Assembly (NCBI GenBank): GCA_965277285.1
Contig: OZ255721.1
Span: 832,001 to 896,000, forward strand
Length of the DNA: 64,000 nt
Source of the DNA: Abditibacteriaceae bacterium
GTDB taxonomy: Bacteria > Armatimonadota > Abditibacteriia > Abditibacteriales > Abditibacteriaceae
Reading direction: 5' to 3'
The position numbers and the translations under genes were made by a program. This document shows, piece after piece, positions 48,301-58,725 of the stretch (position 1 is its first letter; each line of letters starts with the position of its first letter). The notes under the pieces were generated by a model. It was not told where the DNA came from. It ran no database searches and saw only the letters and a list, made by a program, of their open reading frames with translations.

Positions 48301-49013
48301 ACGCGGTTTACGGCTTTTATCCGGCGAACGCGGTCAGCGATGATGTCGAAATTTACCGCGATGAAAGTCGCACCACGCTGGCGGCGAAGTTTCATTTTCT
48401 GCGCCAGCAAATCGACAAACCCGAAGGTCGCAGCGACCATTGTTTGAGTGATTTTATCGCGCCTAAAGAAACGGGCTTGAACGATTATTTGGGATTTTTC
48501 GCGGTCACGACCGGCATCGGCCTGGATGCGATTGTGCAACGCGCCAAAACCGAACTGGACGATGAAAGCGCGTTTTTGGCGCAGGCGATTGCGGATCGCC
48601 TGGCCGAAGCGTTCGCGGAATTGCTGCATCAACGCGCGCGCCGCGATTGGTATGCAGCGGATGAAAGTTTGTCGAACGAAGACTTGGTGCAGGAGAAATA
48701 TCGTGGTATTCGTCCGGCGCCCGGTTATCCGGCGTGTCCCGATCACAGCGAAAAACCCGCGCTGTTCAACCTTCTCGATGCCGGGCGTAAAGCGGGAATT
48801 ACGCTCACGGAAAATTATGCGATGACGCCAGCCAGTTCGGTTTCCGGCTTTTATTTTGGTCATCCGCAAAGTAAATACTTCGCCGTCGGCAAAATCGGAC
48901 GCGACCAGATGATCGAGTACTCGAAACGTAAGTGCGTTTCGATGCGCGACATCGAGCGCGTCATTCCGACCAACTTGAACTACGACCCGGACGATTTTCC
49001 GCAGGACGTTTAA
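45315..49013 (+). CDS. metH: cobalamin-dependent methionine synthase
   Basis: [38 protein letters not shown]. Confidence 0.98.
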   Translation: MTPISELLKERILIIDGAMGTMIQNHNLEEADYRGQRFANYATDLRGNNDLLSLTQPQIIEEIHCQYLEAGADIIETNTFNANKVSMADYGMENLVYELNIASAQLARRAVESLGESSTRNRPRFVAGAIGPTSRTLSMSRDVNDPGKREITFDELVAVYSEQVRALLEGGVDLLLPETSFDTLNLKACLFAIDKAFAEGARRVPVMASITIAEASGRTLSGQNIEAAWTSISHANLLSVGLNCGLHPRDLRPYVETLSNIAPIFTSCYLNAGLPNAFGEYDETPAQLTPILEEYARQGWVNIIGGCCGTTPDHIRAIAEAVKNLPPRVPTKPIEYSIFSGLEQLALRADSNFTMIGERTNVTGSPKFARLVREGDLNAGLEIARQQVDNGANIIDINFDEGMIDGAEMMTRFLNLLAAEPDISRVPIMVDSSKFSVIEAGLKCIQGKGVVNSVSMKEGEDKFREQAKLVKRYGAGMVVMAFDEQGQADSYERRIEICQRAYNILVREIGINPNDIIFDPNILTVATGLEEHNNYAVDFIRATKWIKENLPGCHVSGGVSNISFSFRGNNKVREAMHGAFLKHAIEAGLDMGIVNAGMLEVYDQIEPQLLELVEDVLLNRRDDATEHLVDYAEKIKGEGDKSSTQIEEAWRSGTVQERLQHALIKGIDAFVEADVEEARQQYERPLHVIEGPLMDGMNVVGDLFGAGKMFLPQVVKSARVMKKAVAVLLPFMEAEKEASGLHQAQGKILMATVKGDVHDIGKNIVGVVLGCNNYEVIDLGVMVPADKILQTAKEQNVDVIGLSGLITPSLDEMAHVAREMKRQEFHVPLLIGGATTSRIHTAVKIAPHYDQVVVHVQDASRAVGVVSNLLSEELKSDFVLKVRGDQERDRTSHKNKRETKPLLKIEDARARKQKIEWRAEDLVKPSFIGLRTLSSFPLEEIVPFIDWTPFFAAFELKGIYPEILQNVEVGDVAKRLFEDANRVLERIVRRRELKANAVYGFYPANAVSDDVEIYRDESRTTLAAKFHFLRQQIDKPEGRSDHCLSDFIAPKETGLNDYLGFFAVTTGIGLDAIVQRAKTELDDESAFLAQAIADRLAEAFAELLHQRARRDWYAADESLSNEDLVQEKYRGIRPAPGYPACPDHSEKPALFNLLDAGRKAGITLTENYAMTPASSVSGFYFGHPQSKYFAVGKIGRDQMIEYSKRKCVSMRDIERVIPTNLNYDPDDFPQDV

Positions 49014-49072
49014 GCAATCAGGAACATCGAAAGTGATTACAAGGTTGTAAAAACGCTCGAAAACAGCGGTTT

Positions 49073-49136
49073 GTCGTTCTGAGCGTAGCGAAGAATCTGA
49101 CTTCTCATCGAGATTCTTCGCTGCGCTCAGAATGAC
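49073..49136. repeat. REP-like inverted repeat, family B
   Basis: gtcgttctgagcgtagcgaagaatct ... agattcttcgctgcgctcagaatgac. Confidence 0.85.
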
Positions 49137-49209
49137 GAAATGAAAAGTTCAAGCGACTGTCCTATATTCTTCACAAACTCTTCAACTCATACAAAGAACT
49201 CAACGCGTT

Positions 49210-49653
49210 TCAAGTATCGTAGCTACCGTCCCACGGCGGGATAAACGCGAGGTAATTGCCTGGTTCAACGATGACCTGCCAATGACCATCGTCGTTTTCT
49301 GGGGGATGCGGAATTAATCCAAATTCAATGCCGAAACGCTCGATACGAAAAGGCGCGACGCGAATGCGTCCGCGCGAGAATTCGCCCAAATCTTCAAAAC
49401 GTTCTTCAAGTAACCACAGGGCGCGCTGTTTGTCGTAATTATTGCGTGTTCCCAAATCATCAATCTTCGCCGCGAGCAAAATGCCGTTGACGTCGAACAA
49501 ATATAAAGCCAGAAATTCTCGACCTTCACCCTTAATGGCCGGAACAAAGGGCTGTGTCAGGAAGAATTGGCGCCCATCGGCCGCGTGTCCGACGTATTTT
49601 GCGTGGTAATCGTCGTGTTCCATAAGGATAATTTCGGGCGCGCCTTTGTTCAT
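49210..49653 (-). CDS. hypothetical protein
   Basis: GGAG RBS; DGRQFF..F, PF.IERFGIEFGL, PGNY.AF.PPWD..YDT. Confidence 0.7.
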   Translation of the reverse strand: MNKGAPEIILMEHDDYHAKYVGHAADGRQFFLTQPFVPAIKGEGREFLALYLFDVNGILLAAKIDDLGTRNNYDKQRALWLLEERFEDLGEFSRGRIRVAPFRIERFGIEFGLIPHPPENDDGHWQVIVEPGNYLAFIPPWDGSYDT

Positions 49654-49812
49654 TTTGTCACGTTCTCCATGTTATTGATTGCCAGATTGAGAAAATCTCC
49701 GGCAAACGACTTCGGTATTTCGGTTAATGGCGTATTTTTTGCGGAACAATTACATTATCCCACGTTAACTGCTATTTCCGTAGTGCTCCGATGAAATTGC
49801 GCTTCCTGCACC

Positions 49813-51828
49813 ATGACCTTTTCCTTGACACCTACCGAAGAACCCGAGCTTGAACGCGAAGTCGCTTCGATATTAACCGAATCGGACTCGGTTTCCGATG
49901 CGCTCGTCCTGGTTTTGCGACGTGTCTGCGAAACGGTCGGCTGGGATTTAGGTCAAGCCTGGCTGCCGTCTTTCGATGAGCGCACTTTGCAACTCAGTCC
50001 CGCCTGCCATGGCGACTCGGTCGCTTTCGAGCCGTTGCGCGCAGCATTAGCAAAGTGTCGCATCAAGCGCGGCGGAAGTTTGGCGGGTTGCGCCTGGAGC
50101 ACGCACGAAGCCCAATGGATGAGCGCCACAATAAATGGCCGCTCGAGTACTCGATTGGGCTGGAACAAAGACGCGTTATCGAATCGCAATGGATTGCGAA
50201 CCGGTTTGGCGATTCCAATTTTAGTCGGTCGCAGCGTTCCCGTGGTGCTGGAGTTTTGGACACGCGAAAACCGCGCTCAGAACGCGCGCATGACGCTTTT
50301 CATTGCGTCTTTAGCCTCTCATTTGCAAAAAGTCATCGTGCACCAATTGGAAGCAGAAGCGCGACGCCGCAGCGAAGAATGGTTTCGCGCCGCGATGGAA
50401 GGCAGCCCCGCCGCATTCTGGATTTTGCAGAGCGAACGCCATCAGGAAGACGCCATCGGCGATTTTCGTTTTTTATACACCAACGCGCGCGGCGAAGAAT
50501 TGCTGCGCTTGCCGCGCCAGAAAATTGTGGGACAGCGCTTATCGCAAGTTTTGGCGTCCGAGATTGTTCCCGATTTTATAGAGCGATTGATCCAAGTCGC
50601 AGAGTCGCAGCAGGGACACGAAGATGAATGGCGGATCGCACGCTTGTCGAAGAAGCAAGCACCGAGTAAAAGTGACGGCCTATGGATTCGCAGCCAGATC
50701 GTGCCGCTGCAAAACGGTGTTTCAATCACCCTGCAAGACGTTTCCAAACAAAAGCATTTTGAACACTCGTTGCGCGAAAGCGAAGACCGTTTTCGCAGCC
50801 TCATCGAAAACGCGTCCGATGTCATTACGATTTTGGAATCGGATGGCCAAATTCGCTACGAAAGCGCGTCCATCGAGCGCGTTCTGGGTTTCAAGCCGGA
50901 AGAACTCATCGGCACCAATGCTTTTCAATGGGTGCATCCCGAAGACGTGCATCGAATCCTCAAAATGGCTGACACGGTGCGACAGCAACCTGGCACCAGC
51001 TTTCCGGTTATTTTCCGCATGCGCCACAAGGACAATTCGTGGCGTTGGCTCGAAGTCCTGGCCAACAACTTGATTCATCGCCCTGAGGTCGGCGGATTGA
51101 TCCTTAATTCGCGCGATATTTCCGAGCGCGTCGCTTACGAAGAGCGCATCAAGATACAACAAGCTCAACTGGAAAAAGCCAACCGCGAACTGGCCACTGC
51201 CAATCGCAAATTAGAAACGCTCGCCACCACCGACGGCCTGACGCACTTGCACAATCATCGCACGTTCCAGCAACGATAGGTCGAAGATCTGGCACATGCG
51301 CAGCGTCACCGCTTGCCTTTGTCGCTGGCCGTCCTCGATGTCGATAATTTCAAGTCTTACAACGACTCGTTTGGCCATCTGGTCGGCGACCACGTTCTCA
51401 CCAGCATCGCGCGTTTGCTCCAACATACCGCGCGCCGCGATGACTTCACAGCGCGTTACGGTGGCGAAGAGTTCGTTGTCCTCATGCCGAACACAACCGC
51501 CGACGGCGCACGCGAAATGGCCGAACGCATTCGCCTGGCGGCGGAAACCGCGTCCTGGAAACATCGCCCTGTAACCGTCAGCATCGGATTGGCCACGTTC
51601 AGCGGAGACGACCATTTAGATTCCGCTCTTTCACGCGCCATGCCACGCGATGTACCGCGCAAGAATCAGAAAGGAACGTTGAACGGCAAAATCTCCAAGA
51701 CATCCAAGCACGAAATTCCGACACAAAGCAGCGTCATTTTCGCTCAAGCGGACGCCGCTTTATACGTGTCCAAGCATCAAGGTCGCAATCGCGTCACGCA
51801 TCACGATGATCTCGCTGAAAAAAGTTAA
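49813..51828 (+). pseudogene. GAF-PAS-PAS-GGDEF diguanylate cyclase interrupted by an in-frame TAG at 51277-51279
   Basis: TDGLTHLHNHRTFQQR*VEDLAHAQRHRLPLSLAVLDVDNFK...RYGGEEF in one frame. Confidence 0.85.
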
Positions 51829-51850
51829 GAAATGCGAGCGCAAATCATTC

Positions 51851-52621
51851 CTAACTTTGCCGCCACGCATACAGCAAAACCGCGCCTGCACTGGCGACAT
51901 TTAAGCTTTCCGCCCGACCAAACATCGGAATCGTGACGCGTGCCGTGGCCGCCGCTTCAACTTCCGGCGAAAGACCGCGCGTTTCGTGTCCCAGAACTAA
52001 AGCGCAACGTGCAGGCCAGCGGAAACCAAAACAATTTTCGCCGTCGTGCGCCACTGCCGCCACAATCGGCACGTTTTGGCTTTTCAAATGTTGCACCAGT
52101 TCGTTTCCAGTACTCGATTGCGGCGGCAAATGAAACACGCTGCCCGCACTGGAACGCACAACTTTGGGCGACCACGCATCGGCGCCGCCACTCGTCAAAA
52201 CGATTTCTTGCGCGCCTACAGCATCCGCGCTGCGAACCAGCGTTCCAACGTTTCCAGGATCACCAAGTCCATCGAGAACCAACGTCAAACCGTCGAGTTT
52301 CCACTCGCGCGATTTGGGAAGTTGCGCGATGGCGATTACATCCGGCGAAGTTTGCGCTTCGCTCAGATACTCCAAAATCTCATCATCCACCGTTTGTGTT
52401 TGAACGCTGGCCGCGTGCGCCAAAGTTTTCCATTCCTCGCCGATTTCGCTGTGAGGAATCAACAAACGCTGTAATGGCCAGCGCGCCTGCAACGCGGCAG
52501 CAACGCCATTGCCACCTTCGACAACGAACAAGTTGTGCTGCTTGCGCCCTTTGCCAGAATGCAGCGAGCGCACCAACTTACACACAGGATGCTGGCGCGA
52601 TGTGAGAACGTTGGAAATCAT
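51851..52621 (-). CDS. TrmH/SpoU-family RNA methyltransferase
   Basis: DPGNVGTLVRSA, KVVRSSAGS, GHETRG, ESLNVA. Confidence 0.93.
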   Translation of the reverse strand: MISNVLTSRQHPVCKLVRSLHSGKGRKQHNLFVVEGGNGVAAALQARWPLQRLLIPHSEIGEEWKTLAHAASVQTQTVDDEILEYLSEAQTSPDVIAIAQLPKSREWKLDGLTLVLDGLGDPGNVGTLVRSADAVGAQEIVLTSGGADAWSPKVVRSSAGSVFHLPPQSSTGNELVQHLKSQNVPIVAAVAHDGENCFGFRWPARCALVLGHETRGLSPEVEAAATARVTIPMFGRAESLNVASAGAVLLYAWRQS

Positions 52622-52640
52622 AAATCGAGTACTCAAATAA

Positions 52641-52704
52641 CGAACCCGAAGCGTAAATGAGGGAGATAGTTTGTGTAAGCTCCCTCGCTCACGCTTCGGG
52701 TTCG
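52641..52704. repeat. REP-like inverted repeat, family A
   Basis: cgaacccgaagcgtaaatgagggag ... ctccctcgctcacgcttcgggttcg. Confidence 0.8.
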
Positions 52705-52710
52705 CTGACT

Positions 52711-54789
52711 TCATGGCGCCTTTTCTTGACTCAACCAGCGCGAAGTTGGCGTGACTTTCAAGGTGTAAATTTTGCCATCGTGCTTAATTCCGCTGATCGT
52801 TAAACTCGTCCAACTTTTCGGGAGAACAATTTTTCGGAGCGCGACTTTCGTCCCGAAACCTTGCGCTTGCAAATCGCCGAAGCCGTACAAAACGCTTTGC
52901 AAAACTCCGCCTGCGCCGGTCGCAAAAAAGCAGCGATCCAAGCTTCGCTTTTCCGAAAACAATAAAAATGGCCCGCGCACAAACGGTCGATACGATTCGC
53001 GGAACAACGATTCAGCTTGCATTTTTCGTCCCAATCGCGCCGCGATAATCGTCTGCACCGAAGTCGTCATCGCCGGGCCGGAACGAATCGCGCGCACGCG
53101 ATGAAAATCAAAAGTCTTAGCCGCCACGTCGCGCGACATCGGCAAATTGGCGGGATAAATCGTCAGTTCGCCATCGGCTTGCTTGGTCGTTCCGCCTTTG
53201 TCATTTTGGTTTTTCAAATAAACGCCGCGCACGTTATCAAACGGCAAAGCCAGGTTTCGCGCGACTTCGCTCCAGCGCGGATTTGGGCGAATATCGAGTA
53301 CTCGACTGGCGGCGACGGCATTTTCCAGGCAGCTTTCCGCCATCGCGTTGGTGAACGTGTTGTTGTCCACCAAACCGCCGTTTTCATCTGGCCCCAGCAC
53401 GCGCAAAATGTCGTATTTTCCGGTTTGCGCATTGAGTTTCGCGCGACTCGCCCACAAATCGGCGACGTTTGAAATGACTGGCCAGCCGCGTTCTTTCAGC
53501 CACTTTTTGTCGTGCGTCCACCGCCAGTATTGCCAGTGCGCCCAGCCAACATCCGCCGTGATATGACGTTCATGGGCAAACTCCGGCGGCGCAACTTCGT
53601 TTCCACTCGAGGCACTTTCCCACGGGAAATCGGCGCCTGCCAGACCTTCATTGCGCGCGATTTGCTTCGCCTGATTCAAATGAGCAAAGCGATAATCGAG
53701 AATTGTTTTCGCCAGTGCGGGATGTTGCGCCAGCAGCGCCGGAAACATCCAAATTTCGGCGTCCCAGAAAATATGTCCCAAATAATGATCGCCAACGAGA
53801 GCTTCGGGCGGAATCGAATCCGCAGAGTTTTCGCGCACGCAACACAGCAAGTAAAACATCAGCGCGTGAACAATTTGTTGCGCTTCCGGGTCGCCACCAA
53901 TTTGAATATCCGAATGCCAACGTTTCGCCCACGCGCCTTCATGTTCTTCAAGCAGTTGTGCAAACGGCGGCGCAACATCGAGTACTCGATTGGTCGCATT
54001 GACATGAATCCAGACGCAACGCGTCCAACTGTTCGACGAATCGGCAGCTTCACGGATGTGCATTCGCAGCGTCGTTTTGCCATCGCTGCTGCGCAGATTC
54101 CAAATTTTTTCGTGCGGCGAAAGCGTTGTTTGATCGACTAAAATCCAATCTTGCGGAATGTCGAATGGCGGCAATTGCGACGGCAACGGCGCGCCTTCGA
54201 TGTGCAAAACCGCCAATTCGCGGCGTGGCAGCGAAACAAACGAAGTCACTTTCACCTGACCAGTTTGCGTACTTAAAACACCGCGCTTGAGGTCGAGCAA
54301 TTGCGAATAATTCCCAATTGACGGCAAATCGAGCGTGTTCCACTGCGGCAAAGCGGCCAAATGTTCGTTGTTGTAAACGCCCGCTGCAAAACATTTCGTC
54401 GTCGCATCGCTGCCGCCATTGGCGCCGAAACCTGCGCCTAAAAATCCGTTGCCCAAGAAAATGCCGCAATTGCCGCGCGGCGCGGCGCCTTCGATTGTCT
54501 TCAATATCCACGGATCAAGAGTTTCAAAAGTACCCGCCGCGCGCTGTTTTGCCTTTTGCTCGTAAGAGATTTGAGACGTCTGTTTATCGTTGCTACAGCC
54601 ATTGATCGAAATTGCCAGCAAGATCGCAGCGACGAATTTCTGTGCAATCGAACACCGTAGGGGCGATCCGCTGGATCGCCCGTTGGTCACGCGTCGCAAC
54701 AGGCGTGTGAGATGACAAAGTGGGCGATCCGCTGGATCGCCCCTACGATGCCTCGGCTGACGTTTTAACGTTTTTCGCGCAGCTTTCAT
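52711..54789 (-). CDS. glycoside hydrolase family 65 protein, probable lipoprotein (start uncertain)
   Basis: LGNG, YLGHIFWDAEIW, FPWES, GPDE, KQAD, FATGAGG.LQ; lipobox INGC. Confidence 0.87.
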   Translation of the reverse strand: MKAARKTLKRQPRHRRGDPADRPLCHLTRLLRRVTNGRSSGSPLRCSIAQKFVAAILLAISINGCSNDKQTSQISYEQKAKQRAAGTFETLDPWILKTIEGAAPRGNCGIFLGNGFLGAGFGANGGSDATTKCFAAGVYNNEHLAALPQWNTLDLPSIGNYSQLLDLKRGVLSTQTGQVKVTSFVSLPRRELAVLHIEGAPLPSQLPPFDIPQDWILVDQTTLSPHEKIWNLRSSDGKTTLRMHIREAADSSNSWTRCVWIHVNATNRVLDVAPPFAQLLEEHEGAWAKRWHSDIQIGGDPEAQQIVHALMFYLLCCVRENSADSIPPEALVGDHYLGHIFWDAEIWMFPALLAQHPALAKTILDYRFAHLNQAKQIARNEGLAGADFPWESASSGNEVAPPEFAHERHITADVGWAHWQYWRWTHDKKWLKERGWPVISNVADLWASRAKLNAQTGKYDILRVLGPDENGGLVDNNTFTNAMAESCLENAVAASRVLDIRPNPRWSEVARNLALPFDNVRGVYLKNQNDKGGTTKQADGELTIYPANLPMSRDVAAKTFDFHRVRAIRSGPAMTTSVQTIIAARLGRKMQAESLFRESYRPFVRGPFLLFSEKRSLDRCFFATGAGGVLQSVLYGFGDLQAQGFGTKVALRKIVLPKSWTSLTISGIKHDGKIYTLKVTPTSRWLSQEKAP
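54657..54746. repeat. GTAG-type REP doublet
   Basis: gtaggggcgatccgctggatcgccc ... gggcgatccgctggatcgcccctac. Confidence 0.85.
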
Positions 54790-54800
54790 ATGCTAATAGC

Positions 54801-54832
54801 AAAGCCGCCGCTTGGTGAAAAGCGACGGCTTT
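54801..54832 (-). terminator. terminator after rplT
   Basis: aaagccgccgctt-ggtgaa-aagcgacggcttt. Confidence 0.6.
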
Positions 54833-54854
54833 GAATTCTGATTCGAGTACTCGA

Positions 54855-55253
54855 TTAAACGGTGCGAGGCGCCGAATTTTCGCTGGCGGGCGCGGCTTCG
54901 AGCAACGCGGCTTTCGAGACATCGACGATTTTCGCAAACGCGACTTCGTTCGAGATCGCCAGTTCGGAAAGCATCTTGCGGTCGATTTCGACACCGGCGC
55001 GCAGCAAGCCATTGATGAACTGCGAATACGACAAACCGTTAGCGCGCGCCGCGGCGTTGATGCGCGTGATCCACAGTTTGCGGAACTCGCGCTTTTTGTT
55101 GCGGCGGTCACGATACGCGTACATTCCGGCGTGCATGACCGCTTCGTTCGCGGTGCGAAACCAGCGATGCTTGGCGCCGTAGTAACCTTTGGCTAAATCC
55201 CGAATCTTCTTGTGCTTGGCCGAAGCCGTCACACCTCTTTTAACTCTTGCCAT
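54855..55253 (-). CDS. rplT: 50S ribosomal protein L20
   Basis: [41 protein letters not shown]. Confidence 0.98.
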   Translation of the reverse strand: MARVKRGVTASAKHKKIRDLAKGYYGAKHRWFRTANEAVMHAGMYAYRDRRNKKREFRKLWITRINAAARANGLSYSQFINGLLRAGVEIDRKMLSELAISNEVAFAKIVDVSKAALLEAAPASENSAPRTV

Positions 55254-55317
55254 TCTCTTCTTTTTCCTTGCTGAAACAGGTGGACTACGTGTCGCTTAAA
55301 CCTGTCAGGCGTCATTG

Positions 55318-55411
55318 AAAGGATGAATTATGAAGGATGAGTCGCGTACTCGAAAGTGAAACTGTATCATTCGAGTACGCCGTTTTCTTCATCCTTCATC
55401 CCTCATCCTTT
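55318..55411. repeat. inverted heptamer-repeat element (AGGATGA / TCATCCT) with inner GCGTACTCGAA inverted pair
   Basis: aaaggatgaattatgaaggatga ... ttcatccttcatccctcatccttt. Confidence 0.65.
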
Positions 55412-55613
55412 ACTTTGCGTTCGGCAGCATTCCCAAGGCTTCTTTGTAATCGGCTTTGGAAACGTTTTGCGCGCCGTTGTTGTTGCGGCTTTGCGTGCGG
55501 CTGCTGCGCTTGCTTTGCAAGTGCGTCAAACCGGCGCGACGGCGCTTGATCTTGCCGGTGCCGGTCAGCGTCATGCGCTTGGCGGCAGCTTTGCGTGTCT
55601 TCACTTTGCTCAT
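55410..55613 (-). CDS. rpmI: 50S ribosomal protein L35
   Basis: KVKTRKAAAKR..LTGTGKIKR; located between infC and rplT. Confidence 0.95.
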   Translation of the reverse strand: MSKVKTRKAAAKRMTLTGTGKIKRRRAGLTHLQSKRSSRTQSRNNNGAQNVSKADYKEALGMLPNAK

Positions 55614-55728
55614 CTCTCAACTTCTCCTTCGGCTCCGCGCCTGGGCTTTGAACCTTGAATTGAAACCTTGCGGTTCGACGGTTTACGCGGTTTCCGTTTG
55701 TTATATCGAGTACTCGATTACTGTCCCC

Positions 55729-55827
55729 GACATGGCTTGTCATGTCCGCCGGATGCAAATGTTCGCTGTGAATTAATTCGTGCGGCATTCGATACGGCGT
55801 CGCGGACATGGCAAGCCATGTCCCTAC
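55729..55827. repeat. GTAG-type REP doublet (one arm truncated)
   Basis: gacatggcttgtcatgtccg ... cggacatggcaagccatgtccctac. Confidence 0.7.
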
Positions 55828-55837
55828 AAATGACGAT

Positions 55838-56740
55838 TTAGCTCGATTCTGCAACTTTCGCCGTTGTGCTGTCTTCGACGGCTTCGTCGGCAACTGGCTC
55901 GTTAGCGACAACGCCTTCGCCAGTTTCAACGGCTTCGTCAACGACGACACTTTCGTCAGCGACAACGCCTTGATTGGCACCGGCAGCAATCGCTTCGGCG
56001 ACAGCGGCATTGATAAGTTCGTGATCGCCATCGATTTCTGTGATGTCGCTCTGCGCAGCGTCGTCGCCGCCGACTTCATCAATGACTTTTTGCTGCAAGC
56101 GCGCGAACTCGGCGTCTTCGGCGGCTTCGGCTTCGGCAGCAGCGTCGCGGCCTTTGCCTTTACCCGCTTTGACTTCCTTGACCAAAGGCTTCACGCCCGG
56201 GCGCGGCGTCAAGTTCATCGTCATGTCGCGGCCTTGCTTGGCGATCAAGCCTTCGACCGTGCCGACTTCGGTCAACGAATCCGAAACCGCTTGCAATTGC
56301 GCGCGACCGATTTCAGGATGCGCGTTTTCGCGGCCCTTGAAGCGACAAATCACGCGCACTTTGTGACCGCTGCGCAGAAAACGTTCGCTGTGACGCACCA
56401 AAACCTGGCGGTCGTGCTCCGATGTTTGCGGATGCAGGCGCACCATTTTCATTTCGCTGGAGGCGCTTTTCTTTTGCGCATCTTTATCGCGCTTGCTTTT
56501 CTCGTATTTGAACTTGCCGTAGTCCATGATGCGGCAAACCGGCGGCTGCGCTTGCGGCGCCACAACGATCAAATCGAGGTCGCGGTCGCGCGCGAGATCA
56601 AGAGCATCGCGCGTTTGCATGACGCCCAACTGTCCATTGTTCTGGTCAATGACGCGAACCTGGGGGAAACGAATGCGCTCGTTGATAAGCGTTTGATCAC
56701 GACGCGGATCGCGGAACGGCTGACGCGGACGAAGTCCTAT
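55838..56740 (-). CDS. infC: translation initiation factor IF-3, probable AUA start, acidic C-terminal tail
   Basis: GAGGTGA-TTAGGT-ATA; INERIRFPQVRVID, PPVCRIMDYGKFKYE, FKGRE. Confidence 0.93.
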   Translation of the reverse strand: MGLRPRQPFRDPRRDQTLINERIRFPQVRVIDQNNGQLGVMQTRDALDLARDRDLDLIVVAPQAQPPVCRIMDYGKFKYEKSKRDKDAQKKSASSEMKMVRLHPQTSEHDRQVLVRHSERFLRSGHKVRVICRFKGRENAHPEIGRAQLQAVSDSLTEVGTVEGLIAKQGRDMTMNLTPRPGVKPLVKEVKAGKGKGRDAAAEAEAAEDAEFARLQQKVIDEVGGDDAAQSDITEIDGDHELINAAVAEAIAAGANQGVVADESVVVDEAVETGEGVVANEPVADEAVEDSTTAKVAESS

Positions 56741-56893
56741 ACCTAATCACCTCAAAAGTCTTTTTGCGAACCTGAAATCGCAAATCTCCGACAAACAATC
56801 CCATTATGCCAGATTCCGGCACCAAAGGGAAGCAAATCGAGTACTCGAAACGCAAATAACCAAACTTTCTCGATAATCAATAATACAGGTTTA

Positions 56894-57092
56894 GGTGCCC
56901 ACCCATGAATGAGTGGGCTGAATTTCAAAGCCCCATCAATGGGGCTGAACTGCTGCGTTTTAGGCTACAGGTCAGCTTACTGCTCCAAACTAATGACTGC
57001 GAGCTTTTAGTTGTATTGACAAAACGGCTTCTGCACTGAGGCCGCTTTGGCGGTCTTGCTCTTCTCAGCCCACTCATTCATGGGTGGGCACC
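56894..57092. repeat. REPIN/MITE-like element, family C (opposite orientation to the 10760 copy)
   Basis: ggtgcccacccatgaatgagtgggctga ... tcagcccactcattcatgggtgggcacc; shares gaggccgcttt(g/a)gcggtcttgct. Confidence 0.85.
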
Positions 57093-57103
57093 GAAACTTC
57101 GCT

Positions 57104-58138
57104 TTACGCCACCTTTTCAAGCACTAAATCGCGCCCGACTTCGGACAAAATCTCGAACGAGCGCAAGCGCGCCGCATGATCGAAAATCTGCGCCGTAGCG
57201 ATAATTTCGTCGGCACCAGTTTCCTGCGCAATGAGTTGCAACTTGGCGCGAACTGTGTCTGGCGCGCCAATCGCCGAAATGCGCGTCATGCGCTCGAGGT
57301 GCGCCGCTGCGGGAGCCGACAATCGAGTACTCATATCATCGACCGGCGGCGGAAGCTGGCCTGGCGTGCCGCGCACCAAGTTCAAAAATTGCTGCTGCAA
57401 CGAAGTAAAAAGACGCTGCGCTTCCGCATCACTGTCCGCCGCAAAAACATTGGCGCCAACAATGACATATGGCTTTTGCAGCGCTTCCGAAGGCTTGAAA
57501 TGGCGGCGATAAAGGTCGAGCGCCGCGAACAAATAATCGGGCGCGAAATGCGACGCAAAAGCGAACGGCAAACCCAATTCAGCCGCCAATTGCGCGCTGA
57601 AATCGCTGGAACCGAGCAGGTAAATCGGAATGTCGAGGCCGTTTCCTGGCACAGCATTGACGCGCGCCGTGCCGCCAAAATACGATTGCAGTTCCAATAA
57701 ATCGCGCGGAAACGTATCGCCTTCGCTGCCCAGATTGCGACGCAAAGCGCGCGCTGTGATTTGATCGCTGCCGGGCGCGCGTCCGATTCCCAAGTCAATG
57801 CGATTGGGATAAAGCGATTCCAAGGTGCCAAATTGTTCGGCGATAACGAGTGGCGCGTGATTGGGCAGCATAATTCCGCCCGAACCGACGCGAATCGTCG
57901 AAGTTCCGCCCGCGACGTGGCCGATGACAACCGAAGTCGCGGCGCTGGCGATGCCTTTCATGTTGTGATGCTCGGCCAGCCAGTAACGATGAAAGCCCCA
58001 TTTTTCGGCGTGCTGCGCCAAATCGAGCGTGTTGCGCAACGCATCGGTCGCGCTGTCGCCCAATCGAATCGGCGATAAATCGAGCACGGAAAGCCGAACT
58101 TCGCGGCGTTGGTTTGAAAGTTCTGAAGCAGAAAACAT
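57104..58138 (-). CDS. LLM-class (luciferase-like) flavin-dependent oxidoreductase
   Basis: [39 protein letters not shown]. Confidence 0.92.
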   Translation of the reverse strand: MFSASELSNQRREVRLSVLDLSPIRLGDSATDALRNTLDLAQHAEKWGFHRYWLAEHHNMKGIASAATSVVIGHVAGGTSTIRVGSGGIMLPNHAPLVIAEQFGTLESLYPNRIDLGIGRAPGSDQITARALRRNLGSEGDTFPRDLLELQSYFGGTARVNAVPGNGLDIPIYLLGSSDFSAQLAAELGLPFAFASHFAPDYLFAALDLYRRHFKPSEALQKPYVIVGANVFAADSDAEAQRLFTSLQQQFLNLVRGTPGQLPPPVDDMSTRLSAPAAAHLERMTRISAIGAPDTVRAKLQLIAQETGADEIIATAQIFDHAARLRSFEILSEVGRDLVLEKVA

Positions 58139-58305
58139 ATTGGGACTTCCCTGGCTAAAAGCGCGAGTTCGTCGGTCAATTTGCGCGCAACAACTAAGAG
58201 CCAAAGGAAGGACTTCTCGACGCGCGGCGGGTTGCCCTCAAAGCAAACGCCACATCGAGTACTCGATGCAGCGTTTCTCCCATGCTTTTGCGCTCTGCTA
58301 ACGCA

Positions 58306-58713
58306 TCAAGAATCGAGTTCATTCAAATACTTTTTCTGTGCGTTCTCTAGGGCTTGAGAATCTATCAAACCTTCCAAAAAGGGAAATTCCTTGCGAGGAT
58401 ACAAACTCTCAAGGTTGTGGTCGTAGGGATATAAATATCCCAGTCCGTGCTCCGCTTCCCATTCTTTCAGGAACTCTTTGATGTATCCCCCGTTGCAGCC
58501 AAATATCTCGCCTTTCTTGGTTACAAGCAAGGGAACGTTGCCATCCAATTTGTAATCTTCGAGGCCTGTTTCGATGTAATCAAGCGAAGTCCAGCCGAAA
58601 ACCCATCCATAAAGTCGCGTTTCGACATACCATATAAAAACAGGAATTTGGCTGTCCGTTTCATAGATGTCCTTCTTTGCTAAATCCATTGCATCAAAAA
58701 CATCGAGTAACAT
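58306..58713 (-). CDS. hypothetical protein, YrhB/immunity-protein-like, lower GC
   Basis: YGWVFGWTS..YIETG....L.GN.PLLV. Confidence 0.55.
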   Translation of the reverse strand: MLLDVFDAMDLAKKDIYETDSQIPVFIWYVETRLYGWVFGWTSLDYIETGLEDYKLDGNVPLLVTKKGEIFGCNGGYIKEFLKEWEAEHGLGYLYPYDHNLESLYPRKEFPFLEGLIDSQALENAQKKYLNELDS

Positions 58714-58725
58714 GACGTGAACTCC

